Assembly (NCBI GenBank): GCA_964016885.1
Contig: OZ024740.1
Span: 50,840,001-50,904,000 of the forward strand
Direction of reading: 5' to 3'
Source of the DNA: Eledone cirrhosa
Lineage: Eukaryota
DNA length: 64,000 bases
A model generated the notes under the pieces. That model worked only from the letters and a program-made list of their open reading frames with translations, had not been told where the DNA came from and did no database searches. This document shows positions 13,533-24,147 of this stretch, piece by piece. Position numbers and translations under genes: made by a program. The first letter of the stretch is position 1; every line of letters starts with the position of its first letter.

Positions 13533-13904
13533 AACATAGAAAAGGAAGACTAAATACTACAAAGTATATAATTTATTGCTTTTCCAAGTCTGCCAATTGT
13601 TGTTTTTATTGAAGATATCTGTAGAGTGGTAAACATTTCATTTAGCAGTAATGGGTTGTTTGCCAAATGCGCTGTCATAAAGACTCTTGAAAACAATGTC
13701 CCAAAATCCAATATGGTGCAAAAAAAAAAATGAAAAAGCAAACAATGGCTATTTTAACAGCCTCCTACACTTTATTATACAATAGAACACATTTATAGCT
13801 GATCTTCATTCTTTGGCAAAGTTGCCGAAAAAATGATGTCTTTGAAGAAAGGGTATTAGCTTATAAGAAGTTTTGTTTGCAGTCTACAAGGTGTTGTACA
13901 GCCA
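13533..13904 (-). pseudogene. Channel relic repeat III, S1-S2 exon
   Basis: Good splice signals (cttgcctatatcttcAG ... GTGAGT). Reads LYNKV*EAVKIAIVCFFIFFFAPY, one frameshift at or near a T11 run, then IGFWDIVF...NKLYTL*YLVFLFYV. Confidence 0.55.
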
Positions 13905-14236
13905 CTGAAGATATAGGCAAGATGCAAATGTTAAACACATCAAGTAGCAACAAATAAATAAATAAGTAAAATAAAATACCTGCTCTTACAGCTTCCTACA
14001 GTTCTCTAGAACTAAGAGCAACTTACCCCTGAAGTAGTATCATTACCTACACAAGTACCTGCATTGTCAAGTGTAATATTTAATAACATAATTTTATATT
14101 ATCTTTGGTATGTGTAGTAAGACATATAATGAAATGGCACACCTAATCTGTTTGGTGTTATCAATAAAAAGGATATTCCCAATTCATAATTTATCTTGAT
14201 GAATGACATTATTATGAATGTTATGAATGATGTATG

Positions 14237-14287
<51 letters not shown>

Positions 14288-14337
14288 ATATGTATGTATG
14301 TATGTATATATATATATATATGTATGTATATATGTAT

Positions 14338-14953
14338 GTCAGGTCACCAGTTGGTGCAACTGGTAACATGTATCCCAGTACAACCTGTCTCATGGTCGGG
14401 TCGTTGGCGACTAAACTGGCAACCCCACCAAGGTTTCTTGGTGAGGAGGGGGACTTTGGACATCCTGCAGGACTAAAAACAAAACCTTTCAAAGGACAAA
14501 TAAACTCTTAAGAGTCAATGGCCATCCAAAATCACCGGGAGAGATGACCCCTTAGCCTTTGTCAAGGCAGAATTCAAGGAGAAGGAAAACTCTGTCATAA
14601 CACCTGCAACCCTCATGGTATCCAATGATGTTGACTTGTTCTTCTTTTTGGTAAATATCATCTTGGTTAAGAGAGTGGGACTGGCTTTGTGCAGTGCCTT
14701 TGCTCACTATAAAAGCTTCATGACACAGGCATTGCTTTATATCTGCAGATCTCTCTGCACTTGTCATCACATGGTACCATGGGCCCAGCACTATGTGTCA
14801 ATAATTGTCACAAGCGTAGTGTTTTAGTGTTTGTACCAGAGTTTTCAAGTCGCTGGCTGGACTAAAAGGTCACACTCGTTCAGCGCATCGGTAGGGGTTC
14901 TCCTACATGGATATAAAGTAGTGGCCGTACTCGAAAACGAGTTGGCAGCCACC
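14338..14953 (+). mobile_element. Short non-autonomous RTE derivative, about 610 bp
   Basis: RTE 5'UTR-like motifs TCGTTGGCGACTAA and GGAGAAGGAAAACTC, 3' stem-loop, no meaningful ORF. Second copy at 21543-22144. Both are embedded in (TA)/(TGTA) microsatellite. Confidence 0.75.
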
Positions 14954-14984
<31 letters not shown>

Positions 14985-15130
14985 CAGCACTCACTGTAAA
15001 TGAGGTTGGTGTTAGGAAGGGCATCCAGCTGTAGAAATCAAGCCAGAATCAGTTCCCGTCCCACCCTTGCAAGCAGGGAAAAGTGGACGTAAAATGAAAT
15101 GATGAATGATGATATATATATATATATATA

Positions 15131-15669
15131 TCAATCTAAACTATAATAAAGGAAGGTCTGTGGGACGGCATACGTTTTTTTTTTTTATCTCGTTAGTAAA
15201 ATAAGTTGGATTACTTTGAATATTACATAATTTATCTAATAAATTTCGTAAACAAAAATAATTTCGTAAAAATAAATAATTTAAAATTGACTTCTTTTCG
15301 AAGTTGTACTGCCAGTATATCGTTGCCACCACCACCACCACCACTTCAACTACCATATATATAGAAAGAAAGAGTGTGTGATGTCAACACTTCCGGTGGC
15401 GATCACTTAAATAAACATACTAATTTTCTGTCACTAATTTTCTCCTAATGCAGTTTATATATAATATCGTCTTTTTTTAATGTATCATGGATTACGTTAC
15501 TGATTACATAAAACAGTGTAACAACGTCTTCGTTCAATTTCTGTGGATATTGTCAATTACAATTTTATTTGATGTATCATATCTACATGTATATATACTT
15601 ACGTATAATATCAATATACACACTACATATGCTAACAGAAAACCACCCGAAGGGTGGTTTTTCTGCTAG
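15131..15669 (+). mobile_element. Non-autonomous Helitron
   Basis: A|TCAATCTAAACTATAATAAAG start; 3' hairpin AAAACCACCC-GAA-GGGTGGTTTT followed by CTAG|T. Confidence 0.8.
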
Positions 15670-15991
15670 TGATATTAATAAATGGAAACTATATTTATAA
15701 AACCATATTTATTCTATTATATATATTTCAAGGGTACCAAAACTTTGGTACGCTCTCATCGGATAAAATACAGAGCTTGTTTTATAAATATTGACATATC
15801 CAGGAATGAGACCTTAACAGTTCAAGTTTTACCTGACCCTAACCCTAACTTGAACCGTTAAGGTCTCATTCCTGGATATGTCAATATTTATAAAACAAGC
15901 TCTGTATTTTATCCGATGAGAGCGTACCAAAGTTTTGGTACCCTTGAAATATATATAATAGAATAAATATAGTTTCCATTTATTAATATCA
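15670..15991. mobile_element. Foldback element with about 145-bp arms and a hammerhead-like motif
   Basis: Inverted arms 15670-15828 and 15847-15991. The spacer region contains CCCTAACCCTAA. Confidence 0.7.
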
Positions 15992-16753
15992 TTAATATTA
16001 TACTCCAGAAAACCGGTCGAGTGCTTCGAATCTGTTATAAATATATATATTTGTTGAATTACCAACAAATTAAATATCCCTTTGCTTATATATATGTATA
16101 TTAGGAAAAGAAGTAAAAAAGTAGAAAATGCGAATAGGATTTTCTCATGAAATAACAGCAAAACATTTTTTTAAAGTAATTTATCGTACCGGTTTCAGCC
16201 AATAATTATCTTCTTCGTGCTACAGGAAATATGATAAAAACTATATAATAAAATTAAGGTGTATATTAATTAGAAGAGGGTATTAGAGAACATAATTTAC
16301 ATATATATAAAAGTTCACATTTTCATTTATATCTTTCTCTCTCTCTTTCCTCCGTGGTGGTTTGGTGGCAGTAGCAGCTAAAATAGAAGTTGGCTTGTTC
16401 CCTGATATGTATATATATATATGTATATATGTATATATATATATATATAAGATCAAAAGATGGTTAAAAGAGTTCCATGTATTTTATTATGCGCATTTCA
16501 AAAACAAATATCATCATGCGATAACATTTGCGTTTTCAGCAGATAAAATAGGGAGACATGATATGAAGGTTAAAAAACACTTGTGAATAGTGAAATTTTA
16601 AATCTAGCTGAAGTTTTAAATAGCTGTGTGTGAGTGTGTGTAATGTGCATGAACATGTATATATATATACATATATCAAATATTGAGTTATAAACTCGAA
16701 GTAGTCTTTTACAATTAAATAGCTCAAAGAAGGGAATATTTCCGAGCCGTGTA

Positions 16754-17149
16754 ATACAAATGAATATATGAGGGATGAACACTGATACAATTATACATGT
16801 GTTCGAATTGTAAATGACCAAGTTAACTGGAACACATGTGCGTTCAACAACACGTATTTCTCAGTCTCCTTAAGTATTTTGAAGTGAATGATACAAATTT
16901 TCCTGGATACCCGCAGAAGAGCACAGGAATAGTGACTTTCACTTAATTGTTGCAAAACAAATTTAGAATTTTTCCGGGTATCACGGCCATTGCCAATATA
17001 GGTTTGTTATTTTTATTGATTTATTATTTTAAATCGAGACAGGCAAACCATATTATGTTAAATTAGTATTTTTCAACCTAGTTAACTTGGTAATTTGCAA
17101 TTCGAACACATGTATAATTGTATAGGTGTTCATCCCTCATATATTCATT

Positions 17150-17153
<4 letters not shown>
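16754..17153. mobile_element. Element with terminal inverted repeats of about 75 bp
   Basis: ATACAAATGAATATATGAGGGATGAACAC...AAGTTAACT is inverted at 17079-17153, next to (TA)n. Confidence 0.7.
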
Positions 17154-17209
<56 letters not shown>

Positions 17210-17599
17210 TATATATATATATATATATATATAACCACATTAACGAATGGATATTAAAAAGAAACAAGAATTACTTAAGGTTGAAAGACTTTTAAGTCCT
17301 CATTTATTTATTTTGTATAAATGAATTTAATCTCAGTATACACCACACATTGGATGATACCCATAGCAAAGAAGACATAGAGATCAAGTGCTGGGTTTAG
17401 TCCAAAGGTTGTTTTCCTGGTTGACAAAATAATACTGAATCAAACTGTTGTAATATACTAAGTAGCCAACCTGTCCAATCTTTGACATGTAAAACATCCA
17501 TTAAAATAGTGATTGACGATAGATTTGTTCTTTTCCCTTTAGATCCGCAAACTATTCCTTAACTTCCAATTATTTCAGTACTTCACTACTGCGTTGTTC

Positions 17600-18205
17600 T
17601 GTAACTTTCTTTCTCACATTTTCTGACATTTTCTTGACTTAATTAGAAGAAAATGAAGTGCCAATGCCAAGCATCATTGACAATAGATTTGCTGGCATGC
17701 TGGAATTTTAACACCCTCACAAGTATAATGTAAATTTTTTTACAAGGAATATAAAGTGTATATGTATAAATTACAATTTATTAAATGTAGAACGAATGTA
17801 TTATTTTCAGATTTTCCCTTTGTATTTGGAAGATACCAAACATATGGCTCTCCCATGCATAAAGCATGCTGGACTACTGACTAAATTGTCAGTATCTTCA
17901 GTAAGCTCTGTGACAGGATAAAAACCTGATAAAAACTCTTCAGTTGTTAAATACCTTGTCTAGGCTTGCACTTTGCAGAGGAGCTTTCGAGATGTTGATC
18001 CAAATCAGTGAAATCCATGTATTTTACTCATAGCATTTTTATAAGTAGCTGTAAACGGGTTTATTTCTCTGTAGAGCAGAATGGAGTAGACACTATTGAC
18101 AAGTTATTAAACACAGATAACACTCATCTAATCCATCTACTCTTCAGCTTATTCTACGAATGTATTTGCTTCCTCAAAAGTTATTAGAGGGAAACCGGTT
18201 ATGGT
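17600..18205 (-). pseudogene. Channel relic repeat II, pore-S6-C-linker-CNBD start
   Basis: One frame with many stops: TITGFPLITFEEANTFVE*...REINPFTATYKNAMSKIHGFH*FGSTSRKLLCKVQA*TRYL...NKL*FIH. An S5-like GILLSFFFLHRNNCLY lies upstream at about 18610-18690. Confidence 0.5.
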
Positions 18206-18480
18206 GTGTGATTGAGTGGGACTGAGTGTGATTAAGTATGATTGAGTGAGACTGAGTGTGATTAAGTATGACTGAGTGGGACTGAGTGTGATTAAGTATG
18301 ACTGAGTGGGACCGAGTGTGATTAAGTATGACTGAGTGGGACTGAGTGTGATTAAGTATGACTGAGTGGGACTGAGTGTGATTAAGTGTAATTGAGCATG
18401 ATTAAGTGTGATTGAGTGAAACTGAGAGTGATTAAGTGTGATTAAGTGTGATTAGTAAGATTGAGTGTGACTGTGTTTGA
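18206..18480. repeat. 30-bp minisatellite built of 10-mers
   Basis: GAGTGGGACT-GAGTGTGATT-AAGTATGACT repeated; lies inside channel relic repeat II. Confidence 0.9.
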
Positions 18481-19059
18481 GTTTGTGTGGATTTTCTCAC
18501 CAACCATTTTTCTTCATTTATTATTCCTCCCCACCTTTTTTAATATACACCATTTGCTTTCTTTGTGGGCAGAAGTATAAATATACTTGTCTACTGATAA
18601 ACAGCTAATTAGTCATGAAACATGTATAGACAGTTATTTCTGTGTAGGAAAAAAAATGATAACAGAATGCCCTGAGGCTGAATGTATACAAGTAAACTTA
18701 TTTACAATTTATCCTCACACACACTGTCTCAGTTTTGTAGTTGAACAATATGCAATGCTGTCACAATAACAACATCTGTGCTTCTCTCCCACCATCACCC
18801 ATGTAAAGAAACACTTGTTTAGTGCAGGTATGTAGGTATGTGTGTGTGTGTGTGTGATTCTTTACTGGTTCCAGCCAGTTAAATCCTGCCTGTTGTTTTA
18901 TGTTTTACTGAGATAATTCTGGGAAAAGTTCTGTTGACAGCTTGGCAAGCCAACAAGTGTTGTTATCCTTTCTCAAACATATTGGGCATATGGGTTTTGG
19001 TTAGCTTGGCAGTCGATGTAGTTCATTGAGAAACACTAGCTTAAGAATTAGCTAAGATG

Positions 19060-19810
19060 ACATACATTTGGGGTTTGTGTCACAGTAAAGTGATGCCATT
19101 TTCCTTGTGAGACAATTACAGGAGTTCTTGCTAAGAGAAGGCCATTATATCTAGTATTTATTGACATGGAAAAGGCTTATAGCAGAGTCCCATGATCTGT
19201 TACTTGGTGATCACTAACAAAACTAGGTATAGATAAATGGCTTGAAAGAATAATGCAAGCCATGTACAATGGTGTCTGCAGTAAAATAAGAGTTAGCAAT
19301 GGATTTGGTGAGAAATTTAACATGCCGGAAGGTGTCCATCAGTGCTTGGTTCTTAAGCCATATTTGGTTTATTTATACTACTCTACACCACAACAAAAGA
19401 GTTTAAAACTGATTGTCCATGAGAACCTTTGTATGCTGATGATCTAGTTTTCATAGCTGAATTTGTCAAAGAAATAGAGAAGAAATTCCAAATATGGAAA
19501 CAAAGTCTCAAATTCAGAGACCAAAATAAATCAGGCAAAGAAAAAAGTTTTAGTTAGCAGAAAAGAAGATAGAACTCTACTGCCATCTAGAAAGTGACCA
19601 GACTTGATATGCAGAAAAGGAGTAGATAGGAATGTCATATAATGTATGAAATGTAAAGTACAGGAACAAATTAGGTGTAGTTAGATAACAGGCAAGCTGA
19701 CAAAGAAGAAAGACTTTGTATGTGGCAGTGCGCATCAGCAGCTAGTAGTAACTGCACCAATGAAATATATTGTTTCAAATGTTTAAACTGCTCCCTAGAA
19801 ATCATACCTC
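19060..19810 (+). mobile_element. Old degraded RTE RT fragment
   Basis: Remnants DAIFLVRQLQE, FIDMEKAYSRVP, GVHQ and YADDL with many stops. Confidence 0.8.
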
Positions 19811-19872
19811 TGCTTATTACAGGCTCATATCCTATTTTTGCTTTGTTATGGTGGGGGGGGGGGGGGGGGCAC

Positions 19873-20145
19873 CATTTTATAGAGAATAAATATGATTGCA
19901 CATTCGTGAGTTTTATATCGAATTATAATAATATTCAATTCGTTTGCAAGCAAACAGCTTCATTATGCTGTTTTTTAGATGACCATTGCCATCCTTTTGT
20001 TCTAGTGGTGACAGAAAGAAACAATCGACAATAATATTGTTTCTGGATTATTGCCCTTTGTCAAGATTGTGTACCTCTCTTCTGTCATTCATTAGAAATC
20101 TTGAGAATATATAGTGTTCTCTAAAGTAGTCATCGGCTGATTAGC
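19873..20145 (-). pseudogene. Channel relic repeat II, S2-S3-S4 exon
   Basis: 273 nt between AG and a weak GT, same phase at both ends: FLMNDRREVHNLDKGQ*SRNNIIVDCFFLSPLE...MKLFACKRIEYYYNSI*NSR (S3 D....LP.E; S4 RL..YF...E). Confidence 0.55.
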
Positions 20146-21542
20146 CTAATATTATATTAAATTAAATTAACCTAAAGACAAAATATGTTAGTATGAGTTT
20201 GTATCATTTGCATGTCAAAAATATAGTTTTCCTTTTCATATATTTGTGATGGTGCATGGAATAGTCATGAGGGTGTTGATCGTAAGGTTGTGATTTCAAT
20301 TTTTGGAGTGGGTGGTGTATTGTATCCTTCATCAAGACACTTTATTTCACATTGTTTCGCAACACTCAGTTGGCAAAAATATCTGTAATTCAAAGGGCCA
20401 GCCTTATCACACATTGTATCACACTGAATCTCTCAGAGAACTACATTAAGGGTGATTGTGTCTGTGGAATACACAGCCACTTATATGATAATTTCAAAAG
20501 CAGGCAGTTTTGTTGATTGAATCAACTGGAGCACTCAACAATGGAAATGACAGTGGTCCAACAACAACAATATATCTATCCTCATCATTATTTAACTTCT
20601 TTTCTCTTTGTTACAAAGGGTTAGGCAAGTAATCTCAGACCAAGTCAGTACTTTATTGGAGGTACTGACTGCTCAGATGGACCAGAGGCTGCATTTTCTT
20701 ACATACCTTCTCACACTCAACTTGCTGTATTAAGGTTAATAATAACCCATTACATTTCATTAGATAAAGTAATGCAAAGGATTCTATTTGTTATATTTGT
20801 AAAAAATATAAATGAAATCAGTGATTGATTGATTGATTGATCTCTGGAAGAAAATAGAGTTCCTTGGTTCTAGAGACTACAGAAACATCTATTGCTAGTT
20901 TACTAAAAATTATGAAGATAAAGGAAAAAATAACAAAAATAGCATTAAAAATTAGCAACTTTTTATGAAAGATAAAAATTCATAAAATTAATCACAAAAG
21001 TTAAGAAAAAAAATGACTACAGCTTTATTTCTTCAACAAGCAAACAAAACTACAACAACAATAATAATAATAGATAAATCAAGGTAAATAGTTAAATTCT
21101 TCACTATACTGTCTGTCTGATTTCTCTATTCTCCAATTTCATTTCTGAAACTATAGTGCTACTTTGTTTTCTTTCTTTCTTTCTCCCCCCCCCCCCCTCC
21201 TTCTTCACATATGTATTAAGTTTAAAATCTGCAGTGAAGAGAGTTTGGCTTAATATTATTTTTATGTTTTTATCTTTATTTTTTTTAATCTCAAAGGTAA
21301 AATCCATTTAGCAACGTGGAAAGCTCCAAACCACTTTTGGAACCCTTCCATTCCTCAGTTTCTGTTTCTCTCTATAGTTATTTAATTACCTGTAAATATT
21401 CTTTCTATTAAAGGAACCAATATTTTCTTTCTGCTATTTCCATTTCAGATTTTGGCTGCAATGTATGTATGTATGTATGTATGTATGTCTGTATGTGTGT
21501 ATGTATGTAAATGTGTATGTATGTATGCATGTATGTATGTAT

Positions 21543-22144
21543 GTCAGGTCACCAGTTGGTGCTACTGGTAACATGTATCCCAGTACAACCTGTCTCATGG
21601 TCGGGTCGTTGGCGACTAAACTGGCAACCCCACCAAGGTTTCTTGGTGAGGAGAGTGACATCCTGCAGGACTAAAAACAAAACTTGTCAAAGGGCAAATG
21701 AGCTCTTAAGAGTCAATGGCCATCCAAAATCACCGGGAGAGATGACCCCCTTTGCCGTTGTCAAGGCAGAATTCTAGGAGAAGGAAAACTCGGATATAAC
21801 ACCTGCAACCCTGATGGTATCCAATGATGTTGACTTGTTCTTCTTTTTGGTAAATATCATCTTGGTTAAGAGAGTGGGACTGGCTTTGTGCAGTGCCTTT
21901 GCTCACTATAAAAGCTTCACGGCACAGGCATTGCTTTATATCTGGAGATCTCTCTGCACTTGTCGTCACATGGTACCATGGGCCCAGCACTATGTGTCAA
22001 TAATTGTCACAAGTGTAGTGTTTGTACCAGAGTTTTCAAGTCGCTGGCTGGACTAAAAAGTCACACTCGTTCAGCACATCAGTAGGGGTTCTCCTACATG
22101 GATATAAAGTAGTGGCCGTACTCGAAAACGAGTTGGCAGCCACC
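21543..22144 (+). mobile_element. Second copy of the short RTE-derived element
   Basis: Aligns by eye along its whole length with 14338-14953. Confidence 0.8.
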
Positions 22145-22199
22145 ATGTATGTATGTATGTATGTGTGTATGTAAATGTGTATGAATGTATGTATGTATG

Positions 22200-22650
22200 T
22201 CCAGCAGGTCCAGTCAGAAGAAACTATCACCAAGCTGATGAATGTTATCCAACCATCTTGCTTGGGGTCTACCCCTGGGTCTCCTACTGGTTGTTTTTGC
22301 CTGTAAAATATGTCCATCAATTCTTTCCTGAAATATTCTAACCACATGCCCATAGTATTGGAGCTGTGGTCTCTCAATTCAGAGAAGTAGTGGCTCTATC
22401 TACAGTGACTCTCTGATCTCCGAGCTATGCACTCTATTGAGTAACGTTACTCTAAAGACCCATTGGAGGAATCCCATTTCAACTGCTTGTATTCGCAATC
22501 GTATTCTTCCGGTTCTTACTCAAGATTCATGACCATGGATAAGAATTGGCACAAAAACCGGATTGAAGATAGCGAGTTTGGCATTTACACCTACCTCCCT
22601 TCTTCTGATTACTGAATGCTGAAGCTGGCACACATCAGTACCATAGTTCT
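22200..22650 (-). mobile_element. RTE (BovB-like) 3' fragment
   Basis: AKLAIFNPVFVPILIHGHES and RPRGRPQARWLDNI; related to 40411-41090. Confidence 0.8.
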
Positions 22651-22674
22651 CCCTATCATCAACACTACCACTGT

Positions 22675-23327
22675 CATTTACAATAACAGCATGCTGACAC
22701 ATTACCTGCATGTATAGCATGTGAACTGATTGTAATACCAGTAGACTGAGCAATTTTAAAAACTAGACTTCAAGTGAAAGTCCTTAACCAAAACATGTTG
22801 GCATCAATAAGCAGAGTTCACAGTAAAGCAATTTCTCATGTTCCTGTGCAACTTCCTCCAACATCACCTTATCTGTAAAGACCTACATTTTCAAAATTGC
22901 CTCATTTACCTTTTCCCAATGTATAAATTTGGGCTTTTTAAAATTTTTATTCATATTTTATTTTCAATAAAAAGGATAAAAATGTCGAAGGATAAATTTT
23001 GATTTATTAAAAAACAATTGTTTGAGATTAAGTGTTTTAGCTAAAGACAAGTTTTTTAAGAAGGAATTTTTAATTTTAGAAAACTAATATGTATTCTCAT
23101 AGTAGATAAAATAACCACTTAAAATCTTTTACACTTCTTTTACTGAAATGCTATCAACATTGTTAGAAAACCTCTCAGAGTAAACAGCTAAACAACAACT
23201 GTTAAGTTGTTGAAAAGAAAAAAAACATTAAAAATTACATCCTATTTATAGTTTTCCATTAGCAACTTGTTTTCTACAAGAAGGAATCCAAAGTAATGTA
23301 ATATATTTCTTTTAGTGCTATAAATAT
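22675..23327 (-). pseudogene. Channel relic repeat I, CNBD pieces
   Basis: 23327-23228 reads IFIALKEIYYITLDSFL*K...INRM*FL (LK...Y.PGD and MYFI). 22875-22675 reads LLMPTCFG*GLSL, then frameshifted HAGNVSACCYCK (FGE and RTANV.A..YC), with longer spacing than canonical. Confidence 0.5.
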
Positions 23328-23789
23328 CTAATAAAATACAATGTTACAAAATGTGAATATGGAATAATAATAATAATAATAATGATGATGGTTTCATTTA
23401 TTGGCCACAAGGGCCAACATGTAGAGGACAAATAATAATAATAAAAGCACAAGGCACAAGGCACAAGCAAATTTTAGGGGAGGGAAAAATCGATTAAATC
23501 GACCCCAGTATATTACAGGTACTTCATTTTATCGACCATGTAAGGATGAAAGGCAAAGCTAATCTCGATGGGATTTGAACACAGACAATAAAGGGCCATT
23601 ACTTTATACTGAATGATAATAATAATAATAATAATAATAATAATATTAATAATAATAATAATAATAATAATTGTTTCTACTTATCGCACAAGGCCAGCAA
23701 TTACCCAGTGTATTACTGGTACTTTATTTTATCGGCCCCGTAAGGATGAAAGACAAAGTTAACCTCGGTAATAATAATAATAATAATAA

Positions 23790-24125
23790 TCAAGGAAATA
23801 AAGAACTCTCCAAATATAAAGATCTAGAGATAGAGATAACTTGAACGTGGAAAATGAAAACAGAAACAATACCTGTAATAATAGGTGATCTAGGAATGAT
23901 AAAAAAACACACAGACAAATACATAGCCCAAACCCTAGGACTTACAAATATATACAGCATACAAAAGATAGCACTACTAGGCACTGCACACATATTAAGA
24001 AAAGTACTATCAATACAATAGAAACAATACCAGCAAACCTACACTGCTCATACCCAAAGTACACATAGTGGTGCTCGGTAAAGCAGTAATAATGCGCAAT
24101 AAAAATAATAATGGAGATAATAATA
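23790..24125 (+). mobile_element. R4/Dong-clade 3' fragment in (TAA)n
   Basis: KKLSKYKDLEIEI..IPVIIGDLG..IQKIALLGTAHILRKVL. Confidence 0.85.
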
Positions 24126-24147
24126 ATAATGATATTATTAATAATAA

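Noticed and set aside
13533-13904. Channel gene rescued by A-to-I editing (UAG to UGG restores the S1 Trp)
   Set aside because: Most other stops need Tyr, Glu, Arg or Gly, which editing cannot supply, and frameshifts and intra-exonic insertions are present.
17811-17900. Plus-strand 90-nt AG/GT-bounded candidate exon (IFPLYLEDTKHMALPC...)
   Set aside because: No partner exons found on the plus strand, and the region is better explained by the minus-strand channel relic.
20740-20902. CNBD start reading of RTKELYFLPE, which would imply a fifth repeat
   Set aside because: The upstream C-linker is a recent duplicate, and the fragment fits collinearity better as pre-S1 of repeat II; the assignment remains uncertain.
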